From: Chlorokybus atmophyticus
Taxonomy: Eukaryota; Plantae; Mesostigma and Chlorokybus algae
DNA: 64,000 nt
Assembly: GCA_009103225.1 (NCBI GenBank)
Contig: RHPI01001616.1
Location: forward strand, 251,552 to 315,551
Direction: 5' to 3'
Below the pieces are notes generated by a model. That model did not search any database. It was not told where the DNA came from and worked only from the letters and a program-made list of their open reading frames with translations. Below are positions 47,754 through 59,717 of the stretch, piece after piece (the stretch's first letter is position 1; the number at the start of each line of letters is the position of its first letter). The translations under genes and the position numbers were made by a program.

Positions 47754-49840
47754 CACACGGATTGACGTTCGGGGACCATGCATGGTCCCCGAACGTCCTT
47801 CCACGGACCCCGCGGGCCATACATGGTCCGTCCCCGCGGACCACGAGTGTCTGGTCCGCGAGGGACGGACTGTCCATGGTCCTTTTGGGGCCCCAACACC
47901 TGGCGCGCAGTCGCGCACCACATATGATCCGTGCCGCACCTTGTATGGTGCGGCACGGACCAGTACTCTACGCTGATTCCTGGATGCGGACCAGGAGTGG
48001 GCCCGCGGCTCAGCGGCCCGGCAGCCGCGCACCGTACATGGTCCGTGCCGCACCATGTATGGGGCGGCATGGACCAGCAATGTTGCTGGTTGGCGGCCCT
48101 GCAGGGCGCGCTACACGTGTACCATAACTGAAGTATAGTTATTGCATGTACGAGTACATAGGTACATTGTGTGTATCATCATTTAATAAATGACAGGCCG
48201 CACCGACTGTCGCCGCTTACCATAAAGTGGACAGTCGCAAATGGTCGGCGGCTGTCAATGTATATTGGCAGCCGGCTGTCCATGTACATTTTAACTTAAA
48301 CACAAGTGGACAGCCGCCGACCAGTTGCGGCTGTCCACTTGTGGCCTATATTTGTATAAATGGATATGTGTATACATATAAATATATGTGTATATATACA
48401 CATATATATATATATATGTGTATACATGCTTATGTATATATATGTTAACAAATATACGTGTGTGTGTGTGCATGTAGGAATAGGCTTAAAGTATACAAGC
48501 AAAAATTGTTGACGTATTGCGGCCGCAATTTGCAGCCGTACAATAACTTCATATCTATCATTTCATGTACATACATTGTTGTAAGTATATTGATGCGCGT
48601 ACACATGTGAATTAGACCTTTCATATGCGAAATTATATACATCGTAAATAATATATAAGAATATAATTGTACAAAGTGTTATGAATACTGTACAATTACA
48701 TAGTCTAAAATAATAACTATATCAAATTTACATCCATGCATTGCGCGTGTTAATTACATAAAATATAGTTCGTTGGTTATTACATTATCATAATGTTCAC
48801 AACCGTTAACATCATACCATGAATACATATGTTGATGCTGTTCGCATGTTGCATTGCTAAGCGTAGTTTATGATATGATTGGTTTTAATAAATTGTATGA
48901 AACGAAAGCGCAAGCAATGTCAGATGTCATGACTTATAGCCTTACTTGTATAACCTCATAAATGGCCTATAAAAGCCTCATGCGACCACAGAATCATCGA
49001 CAGCCCGATAAGGTACACTGGCTGCATTGACAGTCGCAATTTGGCTACTATCACTAAGCATTGTCACAATGACAGCCCCTAACAAGTCTACAAATTGTAC
49101 TGGCGTATTGACAACCGCCGAGTTCGCGTATGTAGTTTTACCACCGTCCATGTAACTGGTACAGCCTATGAATGCTACAATTGCATAGGCTCAGCCTATG
49201 GGCCTATCAAAGCGACACACAATCTCCGACTGTCCATCGGCAATTACTGCCGCCGGCCGACAGTCGCCAAGCGGCTGTCGGCGCATGCAATAAACGACAT
49301 GATATAGGTTGCCATGCGACCCTCCCGATACGTGCACTTGTAGCTTAGTGGTTAGGGCGTCGTCTTTGAAATGCTAAAGGTGCTGGGTTCGAATCCGGCC
49401 GATGCGTGTTCTAGACTAATCATTCCACTAACGCCGCGGAGCCGGCCGCGGCCTCGTGCGCAGCAGGTTGGGCGTGGCCGATGTCGCCGGCAAAGTTGTC
49501 TCAACTTTTACTGCATTTGCACTCATATTTACATTGTTCCATAATAAATTCGGTCCATGGTCAGCTAGCCGGACCAGTTATGATTGAAATATTGTAATGT
49601 TATGATTTTGTCCCTGGTCTGATGGCCGGACCATACCTGGTCCTGACGCAACAGTAATCGGCCGGACCTTAAGTGGTCCGTACCAAGGGACTATGGTACC
49701 ATTCACGTGAAATTCGGACCATGCATGGTCCGACTGTCCATGAAAGCCGGACCATACATGGTCCGTCAATTTCACTTAGCAGGGGAAAATCCCGGTCCTG
49801 CGTCACGGACCATTCATGGTCCTTGAACGTCAATCCGTGT

Positions 49841-49841
<1 letters not shown>
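47754..49841. mobile_element. Putative non-autonomous DNA transposon with ~35-bp TIRs and palindromic subterminal repeats (CACTA/EnSpm-like layout)
   Basis: Left end CACACGGATTGACGTTCggGGACCATGCATGGTCC; the right end is its reverse complement with 3 mismatches. GGACCAT.CATGGTCC variants are repeated in both subterminal regions. No transposase, and no clear TSD (flanks are CT microsatellite). Confidence 0.7.
49334..49406 (+). ncRNA. Degenerate tRNA-like sequence (tRNA pseudogene or SINE head)
   Basis: A-box-like TAGCTTAGTGGTTAG, anticodon-loop-like CTTTGAA and B box GGTTCGAATCC. The stems pair poorly. Confidence 0.5.

Positions 49842-49843
<2 letters not shown>

Positions 49844-49897
<54 letters not shown>
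49844..49897. repeat. (CT)n microsatellite
   Basis: Direct reading. Confidence 1.
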
Positions 49898-49899
<2 letters not shown>

Positions 49900-50434
49900 C
49901 CAATGCTTCATAACCATCAGTGATTACTTGTCAACAAACCCCGCTTCATAATGTATTTGCTATGATGTTGCAGCTGACTCCCCACAAAAAGCAATTGCTT
50001 GTCCTTTGTTTGGTTGCGTCCTTTATAATGATAATCTGCCTGTAAAGATGTAACCTGATTCTGTGTCTACTGCAATGGCATGGTTCCTGCCGAAGCTGTA
50101 CTGAGACTTTGTCTCTGTTGCAGTAATACTTACAGGCTGTCATCACACGCAGGCTTACCTGTGGCTGATTCTAGCCGTGATCAGCTGAGTCAGAGCATCC
50201 ATGAGTACACAACAACAAGTGAGAAGCTTCTTGTCCTCCATCTCATGCGCAGTGCACATGGGTTGGAGGACAGAAAGCTTCTCACTTGTTGTCTTGTGCA
50301 ATGGCACACACCAGCAGCGGCGTGACCACCACTACCACCCCCACCCCCACCCCCCTCGTCTTGATTGTCATCACATAATTACATCTTCACAAGCAACACC
50401 GTGTTGACAATACAGCAGAATACAACACAACATG

Positions 50435-50573
50435 AATCGCGAGGTCGGTTGGTGGCGGGGGGCGAGGTGTGCGGGACCGCACAGCGTGGTGGGGGATGCA
50501 CCGTCATAGGGGCTGCTGGGACACAACCTAGTACAAGTGTTATTGCAGGACCGGCATCGGGACAACGCCCTGT
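50435..50573 (+). pseudogene. Fragment of a decayed paralog of the host gene (second Agenet exon), 5' of element B
   Basis: gcagcgtggtggggga...gggctgctgggacacaac...ggaccggcatcgggacaac matches the reverse complement of exon 22192-22345. Confidence 0.85.
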
Positions 50574-51058
50574 TGTCGTGCCTTCCCTCGTGGCTCATCG
50601 TGGCTCGAACTCATTGTAAACCACCTTGTCATGCATGTCCGCATGCTATTGTACTCCGTAAGACCATCTCATGCATTGTCTCTCATCACATGATAGACAC
50701 ACACAATGAAAGATGCGTGTCACCACCCCTTGAAAGGTGCATGTCCCCTTGCAAATGATAGGCAAGATGACCACAGCTTGACTTGCAATCAGCCGTTCAC
50801 TTGTGTAAAGCAATCCAAACTCAATCCTCACTCAAAGTACATGCTAAGGCAGCCCATACGGTGCGTCAAAGTCGCAATAGTGACACACACCCCTTCATGC
50901 ACAGCAACGCACAGCAACGAACACGTGCACACACACCATTCATGCAAGTACGTGCACAAGCATCCGCTCAGCCAAGAACCTCTTCCCAAAGGTGTCGCTT
51001 GCACTCCAGTAGGCCAACTTGTATCCAACCAAACTAGGAAACAAGCTAGCAAAGCCTT
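50574..51058 (-). repeat. Remnant 3' terminal repeat of element B
   Basis: 50731-51058 repeats 57776-57879 plus 58548-58789 without the nested solo LTR. 50574-50730 is unique to the 3' end. Confidence 0.85.
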
Positions 51059-51059
51059 G

Positions 51060-53700
51060 TATTCTTGGTCTTCCTCTGCAGGTACACGAAGTCTCCTGGT
51101 TAAAACTTCTGCAGTCTTGGCTTATAAAAGCCACTCCTCACCCTCGCACATCGCAATATGTCGCGGTAATGCGCCACTTGCAAGTTGCCAAGTGCGATTG
51201 GCATCACACGGCGGTCCGCACGCTTCACCATCTCCTTCTCCCACACATTGGGATCCTCCAAGCCAAGCCCCTGCTCAACCGATCTCCAGATTGATGTTGG
51301 CAATATGGGCTCCCTCCTGTCACAGCTGCACGGTGCAAAAAAAAGTAGGGACTGTACGAGCTCAAGCAGCCTGCCGCGTCATGCAATAGCCTATCGCCAG
51401 CCATGGCAACGCCAAGTCCCAGTCTCTCATGTTGTGGTTGAGACAGTACTAGCGAAGCCCCTTCTTCACCGCCTGTACCATTCTCTCAGCAAGCCCATTG
51501 GCCTAAGTATGGTTACGGGAAGTCCTTTGAAAGTCGATGACGGCTTGCGCCAACAAGTCGTTGAAATGGCCACGAAACTCGGTGCCTTGGTCAGTGAGAA
51601 CCTCAGCACAAGCACCAAAACTGCTAAAAAAATATTTAAGGAAAGCCTCAGCCACAAGCTTGCTCTCCTTCGAAAGCAGCGCCACGACCTCGATTCACTT
51701 TAAAAAGTGCTCTATCATTACGAGCACGTAACGGTTGCCTTTTTTGCTAAGTGGTAGGTCTCCGGCCAGATCTAGGCTCCACCGATACAATAGTCCTTTG
51801 AGGCAAAGGGTGCAGCTGTGGGTGCTTGGCATTGAAGCTCGCCTTCATCCTGTCGCACTCTACACAGCTTGCAACAACTCCTGCCACGGTAGACCGCATG
51901 CCAGCCCACCAATATGCTGATTGCACGAGCCTAAGTGTCCTCTTGACACCAAAGTGGCCCATCTTCTCATGAAGCAGCTCCATAAGCGGCTTCATCTCAT
52001 GTGGTTGAGGCACAATCCTCACACCTCCATTCGGCATCAAGCGCACAAGGTGGTTTCCCTCCCATCGATAGCGTTGTGCGCGTTGCCACATGCGATCTCT
52101 TGTTGCCGTGCTGCACCCAGCTTGGAACAGCCCGGGCTTGAGGTGAGCAAGCACTTGCTCATCCCTCCAAATGTCTTTTAAAGCCTCGCCTTCCTCCCCT
52201 TGAATGTTATTGACCGTCAGGGCTGGTGCAGCCCTCAAAGGTGGCATTATACCATCATTGTCACCCTCTGCAGCTGCGTTTGCGTGTGTGGATGCGCATG
52301 CGTCCACCGAACCCGCCAACACCAGCAAGGAGGCCACACGGTAGGCCAAAAACCCAGCCACGCGCATGCCATAGTCATGCCTCGCCTCACTCTCGTCCAA
52401 CGATAAAGGGTTTGGGTTCCTATTTAGCCCATCCGCGTCCATGTTGTCAACACAAGCTCGGTGTTCAATATTCAACTCATACTCCTGCAGTATGAGCGCC
52501 CATTTGACATGCTTCCCTGTGAGCTTGTCATTGGTCATCAACCAATTTAAGGGCTGGTGGTCGGTGATGAGTGTGAAGGCACAGCCATAAACTATGGCCC
52601 AAACTACTGCCAAGCACTCCCCCTAAAAAGAGCTGTAGTTCGCCTCTGCGTTGTTGTTGCTTCGGCTGCCATATGCCACCACATACTCCTTCCCATCATC
52701 ATCCTTTTTACACAACACGGCCCCTATGCCCAAGCGGCTTCAATCCGTGTGTTGGGTGAAGGGACGGTTAAAGTCCGCCCATCTCAACACCGGCGCCGTG
52801 CATAGCTTCTCCTTGAGAAGCTCAAAGGCACGTTGACACTCCTCCGACCAGCACCAGGCCTTGTCCTTCTTTAACAACTCATTCAAGGGCTTTGCAATCT
52901 TGCTATACCCCTTCCCACAAACCTTCAATAGTAGTTTGCCAAGCCGAGAAACGCCCGTGGTCGGCTAATGTCTGTCGGTGCAGGCACTTGCACTAAGGCA
53001 TCCACCTTTGCTTGCTGCACACGTACACCATCCGGCACTATCTCATGGCCGAGATAAGGGATACGATCAGCTCCAAACAAGCATTTCTCTGGATGACACC
53101 TCATGCCTCTCGCGCGCACGCGCTCAAACACGTGCTCCAAGTGCACGAGATGCTCCTCCATCGTGTGGTTAAACACCAATATGTTATCAATGTAGCACCT
53201 TGCGAAGGTAAACCGCGAAGCACACGGTCCATCACACGCTGTAACTTCACAAGTGCATTCTTCAAGCCGAATGGCATGACCTTCCATTTGTAGAGCTGGT
53301 CCACTCCCCCGAACGCTGTTTTGCCACGGTCCTCTGACTTGATGGCAATCTAGTTGAAGCCCTGCCTGAAGTCCATGATAGAGAACATCTTTGCATCACC
53401 GATGTCGTTAAAGATAGCCTCAGGGCTAGGCATAGGGTATCGATTAGCCTTAGTCTTCTCATTCCATGGCCGATAGTCACCACACAGCCTCCTTGAGGTC
53501 CAATATCCTCGTGAATTTTTCTTCAACGGCAACACCGTCGCCGCCATGAAGTCCGCAGTTGACTCCTCAATGAGTCCGGCCTCCAACAAGTCAGCACACT
53601 TCTCTGCCACAACCTCCTTCTCCACCTTGCTCAGCCGATACTGCCTACGAAAGATGGGCTCCGGAGAGGTCAACTCAATGTCCATTGTGTAGAAGTTGCA
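51060..53700 (-). pseudogene. RT-RNase H-integrase of element B
   Basis: SRRLCGDYRPWN, YIDNILV, HTD, ITDHQPLNWL, HEKMGHFGVKRT...YWW...CVEC, VLTDQGTEF and PGDFVYL. Frameshifted. Confidence 0.92.
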
Positions 53701-53999
53701 GCCCCCAACTCTTTGGTAGAGTGGGCGAAGCAGTCACGCTTGCGCGCCAGCAACGCCTCGAGCCATTCACGCTCATGTGGTGTCGCATGCTCGCCCACAC
53801 ACCACTCCATGGTCTGGTCGGTGGCCTTCTCCTGCTTCAAGGCACCATCTACAGCCGCTTTCTTGCCACTTGCAGCTGTCACAGGCGAAAAAGACACCCC
53901 CTTGCTATCCTCATCATGTGCAACTTGCTCCCACACCCTCGACAGAGGCGCAGGCTCCCGACGCGCTTGCTGTCGCGCCGGCATGATGCTTGCTACCAG

Positions 54000-55000
54000 G
54001 TTCTGTGCCACCAAGTAGACAACCATAAGCCACACCATGCTGTTCTGGTCCATGGCTTGTCCTAGCAGCACTTGGCGCTGTTGTTCACTCAATCCTGGCG
54101 CCACCGTCGCACCGGACAAAAGCTCGCGCTCCCTAGCTGTTGGCTCTTCCAACCTGCTGTTCCGTGAGTCCCACACCAGCCCTGGCCCTCCCTTGCGAGA
54201 TGCATAAGAGCCTAGGTATGCCACCAATGTCGGCAACGCCGCCATGTCGTGTCAGACCTGGTTTACCACCTCCTGAGGCAGCCAATCAGCCTTGCTGACC
54301 TGTTGTGATGTGCGCCCATGCTCCAGGACCTGGTTGACTGTCAAACCTTGCGGTCTAAATACTCTTGCTGCACCATGCGAAGCAACTCAACCGGCGCGAG
54401 GTTTGTCCACTTCACACGCAGCCGATGCGCGCGAACCATGCTGTGCCGCATCCATGACCAGCTCATGGCCTAGCACATCATGATGTCTCACCAGCTGGTA
54501 GTCTTCTTGCACGCGCTTGCGCTTGTCATCTTCAGCCGGCACATACTCAATGATGTACGCCATGGGCTGCTCTTGTCCTTGCTGAATCATGTTGATGACG
54601 CGCACCAACTCCCAAAACAATGACGAGCGCGCATCCATCAATCCCTTGCCATGACCAGCCCGTGATTGCCCTTGGCATTCCCACCCCGCTATAAGCAAAT
54701 CCACATGGCCGATTGCCGCGAGATGATGTGGCCCCACCAAGCAAATGTCTTGCAGCCATGTGCTTTGAAAGCCCTTCACCGCATCCTCATGTCACAGATC
54801 CGGATGCTTCGTCAACAACATCCTCACATGATGTTGTGCACCTTGTTGCGCTGTTGACGAAGGGTCCGCATAGACATAGCGTCGCACTTTAATGCCGGTG
54901 TTTAACGCGGCCGCAAGCCCACTTGCAATGCCACCAAACAGCTCCACCATCACAACACCCTCCTCGGGGACCGTCCACTCGATGGTGTTGCAATTGATAG
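54000..55000 (-). pseudogene. C5-cytosine DNA methyltransferase domain of element B
   Basis: Motif I VELFGGIASG, motif IV DLLIAGWECQGQSRAGHGKGLMDARSSLFWELVR, motif VI YIIEYV, motif VIII MDAAQHGSRA and late motifs LEEPTARERE and LGQAMD. Confidence 0.93.
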
Positions 55001-55097
55001 GCACATGAACAGCTCTCACACCCTCGGGCAGCAACGGCGGCTTCAATGCCATCACATCCCTCATCCATGCTTGGCTAACCTTGTCTCGAGCCTCTTG

Positions 55098-55943
55098 TTA
55101 CCGCTGAGCATAATGTTGTGAAGCCAACTCCAGCTCTTGTGACTGAGTTTGAGCCATATAGACCAGCTCCGGAGGTCTCTCCTCCTCCATGTGTGCGAGG
55201 ACACTCTCCCCCTCCTCCACATGGTCATGGTACATGTCGGTGCTGTCACCAAGCCGTCCCTTGACTGAACGGCGACTCAAGCACGCCCACAAAGCAGAGG
55301 TTGGAGACCTCTCAAGACCCCCTTGCGTGATGCTCAACGGAAAATAGGCCTTCTCACCTCTACCCACACGCCAACGCGGCCGAAAGAACCGTTGTTCAAT
55401 CCAATTGTCAACGCCGCCGCCGACAGGGAACAAGAAGTCTTGTCCAAGCAGCACATCATACCCCTTCGCATCCGTGATGAGGCATCGGACCTTGAAGGAC
55501 GTGGTGACACCTCCCAACGCAGTTAAGCATATGTCCACCGGCTGCACCGTGATGCCGCACGCGGCCTCCACGGTCCCCGCCGAGGTATTGATTATGACCG
55601 GGCATGGCTCCCACTCCTTGAGGCTGATTCCCATCCCCTTGACAGATCCAGCACCCAAAATGACAGGTTGTGCACCTGTCTTCACCAAGACAACACCGGG
55701 CATGAAGCCGTCTAGGCTGATGTGTCCACCACGGTTGTCCACCATCGCCACATTTGGCGATATCTTCGCTCTCAAGGCTGGCCGAGGGGCGGGAAGCTGT
55801 GCCAACATCCCTCCTACACTCCCAACACCTTCCTCCAGCTTGTCTTCAAGCTGAGTGAGACTTCGACGCCGACGCCGACCCCTCGGGCGCCGCCAGCTCC
55901 GCGCGCGCAGCCATACGGCCTGTTTGCGCCACCATACCTTCAT
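55098..55943 (-). pseudogene. Retropepsin-like protease region of element B
   Basis: VLVKTGAQPVILG (DTGA with D replaced by K) ... GYDVLLGQDFL. Confidence 0.8.
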
Positions 55944-56568
55944 GAGATTTGCTCACATGGTCATGAGACTTTGTCGAGGCAGACATATGGTGTCTAGAGC
56001 ACTTTGCAACAGCTCCACCACGTGTTCCTTGCTGACTCCAAGGTCCTTCAAGCGAACAAGCGGCTGCCCGACAAGCTCCGCCGCAACGCTCTCCAACGGC
56101 GCCGTCAACTCCAAGTTTTCTTCTTGGCTTGAGTTGCGGGCTGTTGGGAAAGCATCTTGACACCCTCGAGAAGCTTCACACATATTCGTAGCAGCTCCTC
56201 CACCCTCTTGTGCTCACCATGACGCTGACATCATGTCGCGCCGTTGCAGTAGCATTGGCTGCACTTTCGCACCCTCCGAGCGCAAACTCTCTTGCTCCAA
56301 CGGGGGTATTGGCAGCAACTTGAATGACATAGGCATGCGTGCAGCTGGTGCCCGCATCCTATCGTGATCCACACCCTCCTCGCGGACGGGTGCGGCCTCC
56401 TCCTCAACCATCCTAGTCTTATGCTAAAGTGCAGCGTTTCGCCGTGCCGACGCTCTCGTCGTCACAACCGCTGCCACCTTAGTGCCTCCGGAGAGCGCAC
56501 TATACGCGAGGTAGCCCCCAGAGCTGCTTGGCTTATCCTCCGCTCCTCTCTCGGGCCATCTCCCTCGC

Positions 56569-57720
56569 TCAAGCATGTTCTGCTTGCATTGCCGCCAATG
56601 CCTTTGTCACTTGCGACATCGTTGGCTCTTGTCTCACACTTGAGTGAGCTCCATCTGCCCCTCCTTGTTTTTTACGCAGCTCCAGATGCTTACTCCAACA
56701 CTTAGCATCAACATGCCCCCCCTTCTTGCAATCAGCGCACACCACCTTCTTGCCTTTCCCACAATCCCTTGCAATATGGCCTTGCTCGCCACACGACCAG
56801 CATTTGGCACCCGACTCACCTTTCACAACCGCGTTGTTGGCGTGCTTGAACTCCTTTAACTTCCCATCAGCTGTTTGCCGCCGATGCCACGGGCTTGGAA
56901 GAGCTCTTCTCCTCCAAATCTCAAGCAACTTCAACCCCCGACGCTGCCGATCAATGTTCTTGAGGTACTCATGCTGCATTTCTGCCATCTCGGCCACCTT
57001 GAAGACATCCGCAAGCGTGTACATGCCGAACTCAGACTGAGTGGTCAACATGGTCTCCACCTTCAGCCTTAAGTCCGCCTCTAGTTGTTGAAGTTACACA
57101 ACCGCCGCGGTCTAATTGGTCATCACCTTTTGATCCATGTCCATCAAGAGCTTGAACATGCGCGTATACATCATCCTCGCCGTCTCCCTGACATTGCGCT
57201 TAAAGAAACTCAGCTCATGAACCTTTGGGGGGTGTTGATTGTGGGTAGGTCTTGAACTTAGTCACGTGCTTCTCCTTCTTCCACTCCGCTTCAAATGCAG
57301 CCGGTGCGTCGAGCTGCAAGCGCCCTCTCCTTCACCTCCAGCTGCTCCTTAAACTCTCTCCACGTGTTAAGGGCTTCATCGTTGAGGCAAACTGCAACAT
57401 CTCGAAGGCTTTGTGCTCGTCCCACCCCGACTTGTCCCAATACTCCCATTTGACCATCTCGGAGTCGAAGCAATCGATGAAGTCCCGTAAGTCCGCCGTG
57501 CCCGGCCTCCCACTGAACTTTGGTGTGCTATCCATGGTTGAAGCTAAATCAGGCATCACTCCACCCTCGTTCTCAATGTCGGACTTCTCGTCACTCGACA
57601 ACTCCACCTCTTCCGCAAGGCCCTCCTCCACTGGAATGATACTTCCTTTCGCTCCTCTCTTTGAGGGCGGCTTGGGTGGGCGTGACTGCCAGTCCTCTCC
57701 AGATCTGGTGGGCATGAACT
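56569..57720 (-). pseudogene. gag of element B
   Basis: PKFSGRPGTADLRDFIDCF capsid-like start, and knuckles CWSCGEQGHIARDC and CADCKKGGHVDAKC. Confidence 0.88.
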
Positions 57721-57775
57721 CGCCTGCAACTTGCTTCTTCCTTGAGCAAAACTCAGCTGATGGGTTGGATGCAAG

Positions 57776-59259
57776 TGAAAGGTGCGTGTCCCCTGCAAAT
57801 AATAGGCAAGATGACCACAACTTGACTTGCAATCAGCCGTTCACTCGTGTAGAGCAATCCAAACTCAATCCTCACTCAATGTGACGGTGCTCATGCCCTG
57901 TCACCTTGTGAGTTGGTCCAATCAATAACCCTCTCACCAAGACACGGTATTCACACCGGAACCTTGCCCCCTCTGCCAAGCACACGCGCGCCCCGCCACT
58001 CGCGTACGCACGCGCATGCGCTCAAAGCTACACACCCACTTGTGTAGCGCCTTGGATCGTCATACAAACAAGAACACACAAGTGGACACACGCTAGCAAC
58101 CCCTACTCACCACTGCCAAGCTTGCACACCAGAAACTAGGTAGCTAGAGGTTGTATTGCACATTGTAAAATGTCGCTTGTATACCTACCAGTCTGCACAT
58201 GCTACTATCTAGATGATTCCCGTGCTACACAAAACTAGATGCTAAGATGTAATTGCAAAACCTTGTAGTATACTTCTAGAACTTTCTTACGCACTAAAGA
58301 TCTCCTGATTAGGTGCTCACATGGTCAAGTTATACTACTTGGCGCTAGGCCCTTCCAAAAATCTGGTCGAGCCCTTCTCGACTGGCCCTCCGTTTTCTGG
58401 CACCTTCCGGACTGGTTCTGGGCCCCGATCGATATCCGCGGCAGACTCATAACTCGCCGATTTCTGCCACAAGTCATGAAAACGTGGTGCTCGATAAATG
58501 GGCCAAAAAAGGTCTTAAAATTATATAACTTGGCCTCGGCTGTTACACTTAAAGTACATTCTGAGACAGCCCATACTATGTACGTAGTACGGTGCGACAA
58601 AGTCGCAACAGTGACACACACCCCTTCATGCACAGCAATGCACAGCAACGAACACGTGCACACACACCATTCATGCAAGTATGTGCACAAGCATCCGCTC
58701 AGCCAAGAACCTCTTCCCAAAGGTGTCGCTTGCACTCCAGTAGGCCAACTTGTATCCAACCAAACTAGGAAACAAGCTAGCAAAGCCTTATATAACACCG
58801 TTGAACCCAAACCCAACCAACTCTCCAACTACCCTAATTGTCAGTCTGCACCAGCTTAGTAACAGTATGATGGCGTTGATAAGTAACGGTAGATGGTTAG
58901 GAAAGGCTTATCCAATTCAAGCTCATCCTCTTCAAGTACACTTTAAGATGCATCTTTTTACGCCAACCCACGGCCAAACCGCCACTCCTACTGTAAGTTA
59001 TGGCTTCTCAAAGTCACAACTCAAAAACAGCTGCGCGGGATACCATAATGACTCGTATATGCTGTCAGCTCGGTATCTAACCATGGATACACCTCGAACA
59101 CATCTCCCTCACGTCCATGAGGACCTAAACATGAGTTCCCAACGAAAACCCAACACATAAACCGTGTAAAATGGCTATGAGAGCCGAAATCCCAAGGTCC
59201 ATCCATGCCGTCAGCCCCGAGGGCACCATGCACATGACACTTCATGCTCGCGCATGACA
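57776..59259 (-). repeat. 5' terminal repeat of element B (interrupted by a family-L solo LTR)
   Basis: Begins TGTCATG after the TSD. Shares 57776-57879 and 58548-58789 with the 3' remnant. Confidence 0.8.
57880..58547 (-). mobile_element. Solo LTR, family L, nested in the 5' repeat of element B
   Basis: 668 bp, TGTAAC...GTCACA on the minus strand. TSD CTCAA/CTTAA; the empty site is visible at ~50825-50840. Confidence 0.9.
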
Positions 59260-59631
59260 CTGTACAGGTACATATTGTGTTTGTGTCTTCTCTTCCTGCA
59301 CGCATCCTCACAAACCAAGACCTGCCACACACATATGTGCACACGCACGCATACACACACATGCTCACGCACACACATTCAAGTGGTTGTGTTGGTCCTA
59401 ACTTCACCTTCACCGTGCAGGTTGTGCTGCACTCAAAGCTATGGCCAATGCTCATGTGGTACGGTGAGATTGGCAGTGAGAGCTCTTGTCTCAACCACAG
59501 CACCAACAACAACGACAACAACAAGAGCAGCAACAACAACAGCAATAACATTCTTCCACGTGGACCTTGGCGGGTGACCCGTGATTGCGGGGTCATGGGT
59601 GGGTCGCTATAAGTATCTGATATCGGCGTGT

Positions 59632-59717
<86 letters not shown>

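Larger units (their letters stand above)
50574..59259 (-). mobile_element. Decayed Ty3/Gypsy retrotransposon carrying a C5 DNA methyltransferase (element B)
   Basis: Termini TGTCATG...CGACA on the minus strand with a perfect 4-bp TSD CTGT (50570-50573, 59260-59263). Terminal repeats at 57776-58789 and 50731-51058. Order is gag with two CCHC knuckles, PR, DNMT, RT, RH and IN. The IN C-terminus is deleted at ~51060. Confidence 0.92.

Noticed and set aside
47760-48080. Regularly spaced short palindromic repeats resembling a CRISPR array
   Set aside because: The repeats are degenerate with irregular short spacers, there are no cas genes, the context is eukaryotic, and TIR subterminal repeats explain them.
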